From Paraspadella gotoi (Eukaryota > Animalia > Chaetognatha), in the NCBI GenBank assembly GCA_051294375.1, contig CM119271.1, positions 15,754,770 to 15,818,769 on the forward strand: a stretch of DNA of 64,000 nucleotides. Reading direction: 5' to 3'. Of this stretch, positions 14,197 to 26,921 are shown one piece after another (within the stretch, counting starts at the first letter, position 1; every line of letters begins with the position of its first letter). The translations under genes and the position numbers were made by a program. The notes below the pieces were generated by a model, which searched no databases, was not told the DNA's origin, and saw nothing but the letters and a program-made list of their open reading frames with translations.

Positions 14197-16028
14197 CTTC
14201 GGTTGTTGTAAAGTTACAAGTTTTTAAATATAACTGGGCAAAATTAAAATAGTTTACGTAAATTCGTTTGAAGTTATATCGCTTGTAGTTTTTTTTAAGG
14301 CAATGAGAGCAAGAGACTGATATAATTTGTATCGTTATCTAGTGATTTGACTTAAGGAGGACAAGCCGGTTTATAAGCATCACATACTAAGTCTATAAAT
14401 TTTATTTTAAACGATAATATGTAAAAATGTAAATTCTAGTACGCTCATAAGCCGGCAAACCCTGTAATATTAACCACAGTGAGTAACAGTGACGAAATCA
14501 TCATTAATTGAACTAGATTTTTTTAGTTAAAAATAAAACAATTGTTCACGGAGTAAAAGTGGGAATTTTTCGGTCTCATACAGTGTAGTTATACAAGGTT
14601 TATCCAAACTTGACACCAAGATAAATTAAAAGACACCGTACTAAAATCTGCTGTATTGGACTTTTGGCCCAAAACATTTATAAATTATCACCCAATAAAG
14701 TAAATCAACCTAGATTCCAGCCTGGATAAAGCTCGATAACAAAACAAAGCCAAGATTAAGCAAGTTTTAGTGTAAAAAAAATAAACTTGTGAGCAAATGA
14801 AGACCGGGCTGGGCTGTCTGCTCCATATCTTACGTTAATAATATTGGCAATGTAATTAATAATGTAGTTCATAATTTACCTTATCGCAAACAAAGAAAAT
14901 ATCAGCCCGCAATTTTTGCATAAAACTCCCTCAAATTATTAGTTTGCAAATCACCATCTAAAAATAGAATTAGTCTTCATGGGATCCGTGTCATGCGCAA
15001 CCGCGAACCAAAGGCAAAATTGACACCAGCAAAACATTTGCTCGTCAAAAATTCTAAAAATTAAGTAAAAGAAAAAAGAGTCCAACGCATCGTAAATATA
15101 ATGCATCGTCATATAAAACAATTTTCTATATAAAACGCGCGGTACACAATTCTTTTATTCGCGATCATGATTGGCGTATTTCAAAACAACTGTTTTAGAA
15201 AAGAAAAAGTGAAACGAAGACGAATCACAAGACTTGACGAAAGTGGAATGTATCCATGGGCAATCCGTTTATCAAAAACATCGAACGGCAAAAAGAAATA
15301 TATATATTTCGTAGATAAGTGGATTTCCGTAACGTGGCAACAGAAAATAAATATGAAGGAAAGAAAAAGAAGGCACGAAAAAAAAACTCTGCTGGCGACA
15401 AAACTTTCTTCAAATCCAACCGACCCGTTTCTTGCCAGTTGTACATTGTAGCGAAAAGGGATCTTTTTCTGACTTCATCATCTTTGTCACTGGCGAAATC
15501 ACCAACTCGAACAGCGAAAGTGAGTTTGGTGATTTCTAATAAAGGCAAGGTGAGATTCTTTCACGTGACCTTTTTTTAATTAAATATCGAATTTCTGGAT
15601 AAATAACCTTTGTAATTAAATGTCTAGAGCTACGCATTTAGTACCGTGTGAGCAATGATTCCATTCAGGCTGGGAAAGATTGTTAAAATAAACTTTGTAT
15701 TCTAAAATAATTTAGTTAAACTATTCTCTGCAATTATCATTTGTATATAAATGTATATAGGTATATAAAGAATTTATTGTAATAAAAGCACTTATTAGTA
15801 ACCCCTACGAACTAAGTCTGGAGATTGAGAGAGAGAAGGGGAAGCAAGAAATATCTAAGAGGAAGAGAGAGAGAGAGAAAAAAAAAAAATAATAACGAAT
15901 TACCGACGAGAATAGTAATAGACTAAAATCACACAGCTTGATATCACACCGCCTTCTCATACTCCATATCACACCCCACCTATTCCCTAATTTATAACCC
16001 TTGCCTCTTTTACCCTCCCCCACCCGCT

Positions 16029-18802
16029 TTAAAAAAGCATGTCGGCTGCGGAGGCGGATGAGGACCAACCACGCCCATCTCCCGCGGGAACGATCGTCAT
16101 TGGATCCTCATCGTCATCGTCGTCGTCTCTCAGTCGCAGCGGCGGCGACGGCGGCCGGATCACGGCGCGTTCGTCCTCACCGCCGCCGCCGAGAAATCCG
16201 TCCGGCGAGAGCAAATCGTCGGCGCCGAATTTGGGCGAATAGGCGCCGAGAGAAACGGCGGTTAATCCGGAGACCGTGGCGCCGGATTTGAGGAGGCGGC
16301 GTTCTTCGTCGTCGTCGTCGTTGTCGTCTTCGGAGACGAAGTCCAGAGTGACGGAGGATACGCTCGTCTCGGCGCCGTGCTCTTTCTCCCAATCCAAGAT
16401 GGCGAACTATTTGGAAAGGTTTTCATTTATTAGACTTCGTTTCTGTTTACATAAGAACATTTGGTTCTAATGAGTTTAATTATTATGATTGATTGAGTTT
16501 CTTTTTCTATTCAGATCTTACAGATTCAGATTCAGATCTTACATTGCCTTGTCATTGGGAAGCAAGATAATGCGATATGTCATATTGACATTTTACAGTT
16601 ATGAGCTAAGTAATAAGGCAGCATTGCATTCACAGGTCTCTCAAGACTTTATACCTATTAATTAAATCAATTTAACAACAACCTAGCAATATTTAATCAA
16701 TAATCCTTTCCCCTCCACGTCGCCTCACCCGCTCCGAGGGATATTCAAAGACGGTGGGGTTGTCGTCGAAGGAAATCTTCAACTTCTTCCCTCCGCCCGA
16801 CTTGAGGGCGCCGCGCCCGACGCGAACTCCCTCGCCGAGGAATCTCGGTCCGACTTCGTTCTCCCGTGCGGCATCTCCCTTATTGGCTTCGTTCTCGTTG
16901 GGTCTTTTCTTGCGGATAAAGGCGCTGGATCCGGTGCCGACGGTCCGGCGAATGTCGGCTATGTTCGCGTTGGCCGACAACTTTCCTCCATCGTCTACCC
17001 GATGACGCGCCAAGGGTTTCTGCCACAGCGGCGCCTCGGCAGAAGTGTCGGGCAGCGGTGACGGCGGCTTGCGGGCGCGCGGCGTCGGCGATGGACGGGC
17101 GGCGTTGTCATTGAAAAGGTCGCTTCGTGGGTGGGCGCCGTTTTGAGGCGTCGACGAGACAGCGGCGTCGTTTTTCTTGATCATGACCGGCGAAGAGAGT
17201 CTTTGCTTAGTCGGCGGAGACGACGATGGCGGCGAGCGATGTTTCGACTGCGGGGGCGGCGGCGGCGGCGATGGCGGCGATGGAGGATGAGTGGAGCGAA
17301 GGGCAGGGGAAGGGACATCGTCGTCGTCGTCGCTCAGAGTCACGAAGATGGAATCGACGACGGTGTCGGGAACAGAGTCGTCCGCGGAAATTTCTGAGAA
17401 ATCGAGATAGTGTAACATTTTTAGGAATAAATATTATATAATATTAAAATTTAACTAGAAAATAAATTTATAAAATAATGTCAAAAAACAATATGCGTCG
17501 ATCGTTCTACCTTCAGTGAAAACGATCTTTCCTTCCTTTTCTTCGAACTGATCATCTTCATCATCGTCATCATCGTCATCATCTTCATCATCGGTCTCCG
17601 TTTCGCCGCGAGTTTTGATTGAGAGGAGGACGACGTTGTCGTCGTCGTCGTCGTCTTTCGTCGTCGTCGTCTTTGAGGCGACTTCGTCCTCGAGCGTCGT
17701 TTCCAAATCCGGTGCCTCGCAAGAAAACGTCATCCTGCTGGTAAAAGAGGGAAAAAGTGTTAGAGGGAACTGACAGACTGAGCCCTACTGGCATCTACTC
17801 TGTAATATGCAGATTTCAAAAGACAACAATAATCAGGAACCACAGAATAGTGCTTATCCAATATCCAACGAGTCTTCAAAAAGACAAATGTTAAAAATTT
17901 ATTTCGTTATTTATCGATTTTGGCTAAATAAATGGAACGAAATGTTTTATTTGTCAGCAATCAAATGTAGTTTTAACCGCATTTCTTAAAAATGTCATTC
18001 GTTGCCCTTTGTGCCCCTTACAACATCGACCCGTCAGGGGTTCCTCAAGGTTTTCCCCAAACGTTATTTGTCACTGAATAAATATTCAAATAAATAAAAG
18101 TCGGACGGTGATTGATGAATTTTCGCTTAAAGATCACGAATTCCCACTATTTCTCTCTCACCTTTCAAAAGTACGTGCCACGCCCGTCCCGTGAACGGCT
18201 TCGTAATCGCGAAGAATATCACTGTCGTCGTAGTCGGAGGCGTCGGTGGTTGCAGAGGTGACTCCGTTGCGATGGTGGTGAGGGGAGGTGGTTGCAGAGG
18301 TGACTCCGTTGCGATGGTGGTGAAGGGAGGTGGGAGAGCGGTTACGGTTGGAATCGCGACGGTCGGTGGTTGGAGAACGGTTGTTGGAAGTGAGGGCGTT
18401 CGTGGTTGGAGAACGGTTGTTGGAGGTGAGGGCGTTTGTGGTTGGAGAACGGTTGTTGGAGGTGAGGGCGTTGGAGGTTGGACTGAGGATGTTCGAAAGG
18501 GCTGGGTGACTGGAGGGAGCAAGAGCGCTAAGCGCGTGACGATTGTTTGTGGTGGTCGAGGCGTTGGAAGCGTTTATCGGAGAAAAAGCATCGGTGGAGA
18601 GATGATTATCCGTGATGGAATTTAATCCATCGAGCCGTTGTTGATCGAAGTTGGATCGGAGGCGATCGTCGTTGGATCGGATCGGAGAAAAGACGTCGTC
18701 AACATCGACGAATGAATTTCGATTCTCGACGAATCCGTTCGATGGAGATTTGAGGACGGACGAAGAAACGCTGCTGCTTTCGAAGCCTAATAATGAAGAA
18801 GG

Positions 18803-18839
<37 letters not shown>

Positions 18840-18842
18840 GAG

Positions 18843-18897
<55 letters not shown>

Positions 18898-20010
18898 TTT
18901 TCGGCCACCTGTCGAAGATACGGAATGGATGATAGACGAAGTCTCGCGAGATTCAGGCTGCGATTGCCGACGGAATTGCCGACGGAATCCCCGCCGCCGG
19001 AACTTCCGCTTCGCAGACGAAAGTATTGATCGGAACCCGAAGCGGAATCTTTAGATTCGGAGAGACTCGAGCAAGAGATTCGAGGGGGCGTGGATCCGCA
19101 GTTAAGGCGGTGAAGGTCTGAATTGAGAAAGGAAAAGGGGACGTCTATAGGAAGTATTGAGAGAGGAAAAGGGGACGTCTATAGGAAGTATTGAGAAAAG
19201 AAAGTAGTAAAGTAATACGTTCAGAAAGGAAGAACAAATATCATCAAGTGAAATTATACGTTGGGAAAAGAAAATGATTGTGGCGAATCTTAAATTCGCC
19301 TCCCGAATAGCTTGGTGAAACTCAGCTCGTCCCATTGTTTTGGACAGCTAAGTAGTAAAAGTACTTATTCACCAACCGTAGGTTCCGGGTTCAATCCCCT
19401 CACGTCACGACCTGGTTAAGTGTGATGGTGTCGCCAAAAACACGTCTGTGACATGGGGTGGTCACTGCAGGTCCAAAGCCCTGAGCGCTTTCTGTCGGGA
19501 GATGCCTCACACCCGAGTATCACACATGCCATCAGATGTTATTTGAAAGTGAATTAAATCGTGCGTAGAAAGAGGAAGAAGAGAATCAGGAATTAAATGA
19601 GAGTGAAGAAGAAACGTATGTAATGTTATCGACAAATGAAACAAATGAACTGTCTCACCTCTTCGATCAATCATTGATGTCGAGAAAGAATTTTCTGATT
19701 CTTCGCGAGACTTGAAATCTTTAGAGGACAACGTCTGCGTCGAAAAATATTAAAGAGAAGATTTAACTATTGATAAATATAAATAAATATTCGTATTAAT
19801 GTACAGTCGTTTTATTTGTGAAGTCATAGGTTTTAAAAAATCTAAATAAATATTTGTTTTCCACTAACTTTGTTGTGACTTTCCGTCGCCAAATTTTGTC
19901 GTTCGGCCTTTTTAAGTTGGACGCCAAAGACCGGAGCTGCGGCCGTGGAGAGTGAACCTTTTCGGAGCGCTGAAAAAAACGTTGACAGTTTTAAAAATTA
20001 TTGAAAAGGG

Positions 20011-20051
<41 letters not shown>

Positions 20052-23000
20052 TCCTTTGCCCCAACTCTTTGTCGGCCTCTTCCGGCGGCGACGCATCCGT
20101 CCGCGATTCTTCCGTGGTGACGCCGTCCACCTTGGACGCCAACTGCTCGTCCGCTCCGCCGCCGGCCGGGGATCGATCCCACGACCGCCGACGCGCCGCC
20201 TCGGGCTTCGGCGGCGGCAAGGGCTTCGGCGGCGAGCCCGAGCGGATCGTCGAGGACCCGAGATGCCCGCTCGGGTTGCCCGTCGGCGACGTCGGGGACA
20301 AGAGAGTCCGCGGGGCCGGAGTGGGGACGGAGATTCTGACGGGACGTTTGGGGTCGGCTCTAAGAGGAGGAGTTTTTGATGAGGAGGAAGAGGAGGAGGA
20401 GCCGTTGGAGGAGTGGGAGCGGCGAGTCGAAGAAGAGTTAAGGGATTTGAGAGGAGGAGGCGATGATCGTGAGTGAAGATTCGTCGGCGGCGGCGGCGAA
20501 GTGAATCTACGATCAGGATCTGATCGTTTCGCTGAAAATAGTTTTAGTAACATTTACATTTAAATACTATTTAAATTTAAAAAATCTACACTAACGTCCT
20601 TTTCCCCCCTTAATATATAGAATACCTTAAATTAAAAAAAAACCTTAACATTAAATTTGCTTATTGCTTAAAATATAAAACTAATCAATTAATAATGAAC
20701 ATTTTTATAATGTGTTTGTGACAATTTACTAAGTAATAATAAGAGTTACATAGTATCAATTAGTAAAACAAGTAATCTTCTAAAGTTTTAAATATACACT
20801 AGCTTAGTTAAAATAAAACATTTCTCACTAGATTCGAAGATGCTCCTGTAATTAGAGACGGTCTTAGGCGCGGGCATTTCCTCGGGATGGAGGACGGTGA
20901 GCGAGGGGCTTCGGCGGAGGGCGTGGCCAGAGACAATCTCTTTAGTTCGTTCGTCGTCCGAATCGCCGGCGACTGGGGAAGGGATAAGATAAGAGTTATC
21001 CTCTACAGCAACTGCAGCAGATGCATCAGCATTTTGGAGAAAGGCTCAAACCGTAAGCGGGTGCAAAGATGGCGTGGTCGGCGACGAGCGGACCTCCGTA
21101 CGTCGGCGGTCGAAGCGACGAAGGCCTCGTCGATGGAGACTTTCCGTTCTGAACCAGTTGAGCGCGGGGAGCCGCTGCTAATTGTGGGGGTGGAATCAAG
21201 AATGTAATCATTAATTAACATAAATTAAAATTAAAAAATTAATAATAGGGATTAAAGAGGATTTGGTGAGACCTGGCGGAGCGAATCCCTCGGAGGATCG
21301 AGCGCGCGGTTCCGGCGGAGACTCTGGAATCATTGACGGAGGCTTGCGGGACTCGAGAGGAGAGGAGAGCCGTTTGACTAACGGAACTGAATGGTTGGAT
21401 AAATATAAATAAATATAATAATTCTAATTAATCGTAGGGGCATTAGTCGTAATAATATGCTTGATGTCGTACCTCTGGTTGTATACAACGGAGTTTCGTC
21501 GCCGGCCAAGAGATTGTCCAAACTTCTTTGGCGACTGTATTTTAAAGGCTGAACAATAAAATAATATTTTAAATAATAACAAAATAAATCGGGGGGAGGG
21601 GAAACCGTTTCGAACCGACCTGTGGATGTTGCAGGCTGACGTTGCCGATGCTGCCAGCGCGCAGGAGTCTTCCGTTCGAAGGCTGCTGCTGCTGCTTCGC
21701 TAGAGACGAAAACTTGCTGAGCAGCGAAGCCACGATCCCCGGACGAAACTCTCGAGAATCTGAAGGATATAAAAATGAGAGATGGTTATTGGTTAATGGT
21801 TAATGATAAAGAATAATTATCTGAAACTTAAATTCGAAATTGATAAAACCATGTAAGGAAGAAATTTTAGTGAAGATTAATCATCGGACCTTCATTTCAT
21901 TACGTGTTTAGTCATTTATCGATATATCGAGGTATTGGGTTATAAATTGGTTATTTTTGGTTCCTGATCATGGATGCGTTTCTTTTCAGATCTATAAGAG
22001 TGTATGTACGTAGATTCCAGGGTGCAAATACTGTCAACTAACTACCGATCCGGGATAACTTGACCGACCCTTACCCAAAAAAAACCTGACCTGGAGTTCC
22101 GTCTCGATTTTCGTCCCCTCGCGGAGAATCCGAGTCCTCGTTACGTCCCGCGAGTTCGGGCGAGTGGGCGTCGCCTCCTTCGCTCGTCCACGACGGGTGA
22201 CGCTGTCGCGACGAGCGATGAGACGGTTCTGTCAGAGACGGATTGCGTTGTCGAAGTCTGACATGGGGGTTACAAAGGGAAGAAGGGATGAGGGGCGTTA
22301 GTTAGGCTTCGTTTGGTAAAAATATTAAAAAATAAGCATTAAGCATTAACAGAGAATATTTGTGGAGAGATGAAAAAAAGTCAGTAAAAAAAGAAAAATA
22401 AGGGAAAAAAATGTAAAGACAAAACAAAATGAGCGAAAAGAAAAAAAGAAAAAGAAAAAAAAGAGAAAAAAATACCAAACTTGGGAAAATTTTAGTTTTG
22501 TTTTTTTATTTAGGTGTCAAAACGTGAGAGAATTTTTTTCTTTTCTGAAAGAATAACTGAATTTTTCTTCGCAACTGAAATGGCACCTCGACCGACTCTC
22601 TAAAGCTCTCAAGCTCTTGACCGACTCTCTAAAGCTCTCAACCGACTCTCTAAAGCTCTCAAGCTTTCGACCGACTCTCTAAAGCTCTCCATTTTTTTTC
22701 GCTAAAAAATCCAGTAATCTAATGAATGCTTTCTAAATCTAAAAGTAAAACTAAAAAAATTATACTTATAAATTGGATTTTGACTTTTTTTTTGCTGTTT
22801 AAAATAGTTTAGAGATGAAACAAAAAAATCGTTGGAATAGCAATTTTTATTTTTATTATTGAACATGTTTCGACTCTTAGACTCGTACCACTAAGAGTCG
22901 AAACATGTTCAATAATAAAAATAGCTATTCCAACGATTTTTTCCTTTCATCTCTAAAATACTTATAAATTAAAAATAGATAATTTTGAATTTAACCCTCG

Positions 23001-23805
23001 AAGTTTCATATCATACACCGAAACATCCAGTAAAATCAGTTGACCATCACCCTTTTTTCTTTCACGCAAATTCTACGCTTAAAGCTTCAAAGATGATAAG
23101 CTTGTGTTAAGATTAACGTCTTCTCGTCAGAAAGAAACTTTCATTCACGGTTTTGAATATCGTTTCATTGATTAATTCATTGATCGATAGCGAAATTGAG
23201 AGATCGATGACCATAATAACTATTTACATACGTCATATGACGCCATTTCCGTATGGTTCACTCACCGAGAAGGCTCCTCCCTTCCCGCGGGACTCTTCGA
23301 ACCCCCGCCGAACATTGGCTTTCGAAGTGCGGCTTTGGCCTCGCGCAACGCGCCAACCACGCGGTCGTCCTTGGATTCCCCGTCCACCGTAGGGGGCGCT
23401 CCGTTCTGGAGAAAGGAAAATATAAATTACATGAACCACCCATAACCCTAAACCTCCCCCTAACCCTCGTCGGCGAAAGTAAAATTAAGCCTTTAACGGT
23501 ATTAATTGGCAAAAAGAATTTGACAATTCTTCAAGGTTTACAAAGACCACATTCGATAGGAAAGGATTGGGTCGACGTTCCGCCCACCCCGGCTATAACA
23601 ACAACAACCGCCTTACCCGCTGCTGCCGCTTGACGAGAATGTCCCTCTTCCACGATGGGATGGAGGCGATCTTCTGCTCCTGACGACGCTTCACCTCCTC
23701 CGCCCGCTTCCCCCGCTTCAGGCGCACCTCGGCCATCCACTCGGGTTCGAGGGCCTCCGACTCGGTTCCCGATTCCATTCTTAGCACCTCAACCCTGAAG
23801 CCCAT
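16029..23805 (-). CDS. Taperin/phostensin-like PP1-regulatory protein, about 15 exons, mostly low complexity
   Basis: N-terminal IPSWKRDILVKRQQ resembles the Phostensin_N motif. C-terminal KKLKISFDDNPTVFEYPSE matches the taperin/phostensin RVxF-type KISF...FEYPSE motif. Intervening GC-rich Ser/Pro exons have GT-AG borders. Not every junction was phase-checked. Confidence 0.7.
18248..18480 (-). repeat. Coding tandem repeats: 36-bp x3 (NALTSNNRSPTT) and 42-bp x2 (HHHRNGVTSATT)
   Basis: Lie inside exon 18788-18162. The frame was fixed by the phases of the flanking splice sites. Confidence 0.75.
19122..19200. repeat. About 33-bp tandem duplication at an intron 3' end
   Basis: AAAAGGGGACGTCTATAGGAAGTATTGAGA occurs twice in tandem. 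Confidence 0.85.
19277..19527 (+). mobile_element. SINE-like dispersed repeat (family A), copy 2
   Basis: Homologous to 3501-3737. Contains a Pol III B-box-like GGTTCAATCCC at about 19388. Confidence 0.75.
22587..22690. repeat. Tandem repeat CCGACTCTCTAAAGCTCTC x4
   Basis: Four copies with alternating 30/20-bp spacing. Confidence 0.9.
22808..22957. repeat. Long hairpin (about 70-bp arms, 10-nt loop), MITE-like
   Basis: ...TTTTTATTATTGAACATGTTTCGACTCTTAG-actcgtacca-CTAAGAGTCGAAACATGTTCAATAATAAAAA..., continuing outward with few mismatches. Confidence 0.9.
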
Positions 23806-24399
23806 TGGTTTAAAATTAGCATTTTATAAAATAAATACTAAAATAAACCAAGGAGATTGGATACGTATATTAACTTCAAATTTCAATCACCTTTTCAGAC
23901 GAATTACGGCATTTAATTCACGACATTTTCGCTTATTAGGTTCATCACAGTTTTGAGATAATCGCAGTAAGGAATGTTCGTTCTAATTCATAAAAGTATC
24001 TGGAGAATTAAAGTACAAATAAAAATTAATATAAATTAATTATATTCTCGTCTGATATCGTTGCTCTTACGTCAATCGCACTTTCTGCTGAGCGACGCAG
24101 ATGGCGGGGTTGACGAACGTGTAACATTTTAATACTAATGGATGCGCGCGCGTCGCAGCCTTAAAATTCAATTGTTCAGTTCACTGAAGTACTTTCATTA
24201 ATTGACTAATACCTAAAATACTCCTGTCCTTTTCGAGATATAATTTTGAGGTTGAAAAGAGTATGATGCGAGTGAAAATATATCAGACGATATAACTTGA
24301 GACTAATGTTTTTAGTCGGATCTGCTTATCGGCAGATTCCGACTCTATAATCCATTTATCGGTCCGTCGGTCCCCCCCCAAAAAAAATTTTGTCGGTAA

Positions 24400-24750
24400 G
24401 TCTCTAATATAATCTCATATTATGGTAAAAAAAAAGTGAAAAAAAAAATGTCCGTCCGTCCGTTCCCCCTCCAATTACTCGTGATTGGATGGATAGATTG
24501 GAATGAAATTTTGTGTGTGGGTAGGAAAGTGTGTGATTGAGCTGGATTTAAAGTTGAGGGCGACGAAGAAACCAACTTTTCGATCTACGCCTCCCGGCGC
24601 TAAAACGTAAGGGTTTGACGGCGCTTTTCGTTTTGCTTTCTAGGTCGAGATTAATGACCCAGCCTCTCAGGGACGAGAGGATATCGGAGAGAGTGGGTCC
24701 TCGGGTCGTCAATAATAAAGGACACCTAGCAAACGAGGCACTTGACTTCA
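24400..24750 (+). mobile_element. Putative DINE-1/HINE-like non-autonomous Helentron fragment
   Basis: (GTCC)n microsatellite at about 24450 followed by GATTGGAATGAAATTTTGTGTGTG, an arrangement typical of DINE-1-like elements. Boundaries are uncertain. Confidence 0.4.
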
Positions 24751-25157
24751 ACCAAAGAGCAGAACAAATTTTTTTCGGAGATATGGTCCAATAACTTTTG
24801 TGAGTCATACAAGAAGATTTAAATTTAAAATCATAATCTGTATTCAATAAAAAAAAAACATGAACAATTAAAAAGAATATAGTAATCACAGTGGAAAATT
24901 AATGAGTTGCCGAAACAACAGAGTATAAAATTCTAGATAGATCGAATTGTGCGAATGAAAAATTGAACAATGCTCTTCAACGGTTAAAACTCTTTGGCGA
25001 AGTATAAATAAACGACAACAATACGTAACAGTAAATAGGCTTAAAAAGCTTTTACAGCGACTCGGCTTAATCATGAGATCAATGAACGACTCACGTCCGT
25101 CTACCTCGACTAAGTTGATTTGAAAGGCTGGAAAAAATAATGGGAACGACACAACGA

Positions 25158-26718
25158 TCACATCCTCACGTAAACGACCCGCATGAAGACGATCGAATGC
25201 CAATAAGTCTTTTCGTCGGCGCCCTTTTCGAAGACTAGGCCTAGAGTTCCGAAGCCCAAATCCCCCGCGGGCTTGATGCCCACCAGCCCGGAATAGCCCG
25301 AGCCACCTGGCCAGATCGAGAGGCCGCCCCGCCAGGTCTCTCCGTCGTCGAAGCTCCAGTGGATCGACATGTTGCGCCGCTTAACGGCGTCGAAAGGATT
25401 GGAAAAGAAGAGGACGCCGTCCTGAGAGAAAACGGAGGCGGAGATTGCCGAGTCCGGCAACGCCTCCTCGACAAAGACGCGCCGGTTGGAGAAGGTCGTT
25501 CCTCCGTCGACGCTGACGAGTTTGAAGCGACATCTACAACTGAAGTGAGCTTGATTCCTCGCGTTGACGACGACGTCGCCGTTGCTGGCTTCGTAGACTT
25601 GACACTCGTCGGGGACAAAGTCGCCCGTCTTCTTCGGACGCCCGTAAGGAATGCCGGGCATCTCGGCGCCCCAGTGCCACGTGCGGGCGTCGTCGTCCGA
25701 GTAAAGAAGTTGGACGCCGTCGATGGGGAGGTCGCGGTGGCCGCAGAAGAGGAGTCGGTCCTGGAGAAGGAGTCAGGAGAAATTATGAATCCTTCGGGTT
25801 AAATGATAAATCTGTATTCGCAGTTTTCGTTATTGCTGATTTTAAAACTAAATTCTATTTTATTCTATTCTTATTAATAATATCATCAACGAATAAGGGA
25901 CTCGCAGCTGCAGGAGAATTCACCATCAGAAGCCGCAGCAGGAGACGGAGTTCGTAAACTTTGATGATATTAATATTATTATCATTTTATTATTATTTTT
26001 ATTTTTTTAAATTTTTATTTTAATTTTTTTTATTTTATTATTTTATAATTTAATTATTATAATATTTTTCTATTCTATTCTATTCGTCGTGCCTTGTGAG
26101 GCTCGAGCCGCTTGCGGATTCCGTAGCCAGGTCCGCCGATGAATGGGGAGGTGCCGATCTGCTCGGAGACGTTGACCGGTTGGCTCCAGGTGCGACCTTC
26201 GTCCCGCGAGACCACGAACCCGATCGTGTTTCCAGGAGAGAAATAGTCGTGAGTAAATTGGATGAAAATGGATCGGGATTTGCTCTCTTCAAAGATGACG
26301 CCGAGGTTGAGCCCTTCGGGACTCGGGTCGTTCAGGATGAACTTGAAAGGGAAGGAGGAACGTATAAACAATTAGACAGAAATGTATAATCTTGTTCATT
26401 TAATTAAAACACCTGCGCGGGCTCCCACGTGACGCCATCGTTGAGGGATCTCCGCACGGCGATAAACTTGGGCCCCTCATCGTCGCAAACCCAACGAAGG
26501 CTCTTCCTCTTTCTCGCTTCGACGGCGACGATGAGAGTCCCGTTCGAAGTTCGGAGGACGACGGGGATGCGGAAGCAACCGACGGAGGCTTCGCCGTGGA
26601 CGAAGAGGCTCGACTCCTCCAGAGGCAGCATCTTGAGGAGACGCTGCGACGGCGGCGACGTCGTCGGATTCGCGGCGAAAAAGAAAAGGAATAGAGTTGG
26701 GATCCAAATCCACAACAT
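25158..26718 (-). CDS. Sialidase (GH33), NEU1-like, 3 exons
   Basis: Signal peptide, FRIP motif, Asp boxes (SLNDGVTW, SRDEGRTW, SDDDARTW, SVDGGTTF, SFDDGETW) and catalytic GYS. Confidence 0.9.
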
Positions 26719-26921
26719 TTTTTTCCCGCGATTATTAATAATTATTATTTAAAATCGCAAGTGGTAGAATTCATAAATTAGAGCAAAATGGACGATTTCC
26801 AAGGCTTTATGGTCAACAAAAAAATTCATGAATGCAAGAGTTATTTCATCGCTTGTCCGTATTTTTCTTGTTTTTTTGATGTTTTTTAAGGACAACGAAA
26901 ACAAAAGGGGAAATAATGACG

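Noticed and set aside
19345-19410. Possible tRNA gene
   Set aside because: It has a B-box-like motif but no cloverleaf, and it lies inside a dispersed repeat.
23440-23470. Telomere-like TAACCC motifs
   Set aside because: Only two or three imperfect units inside an intron.
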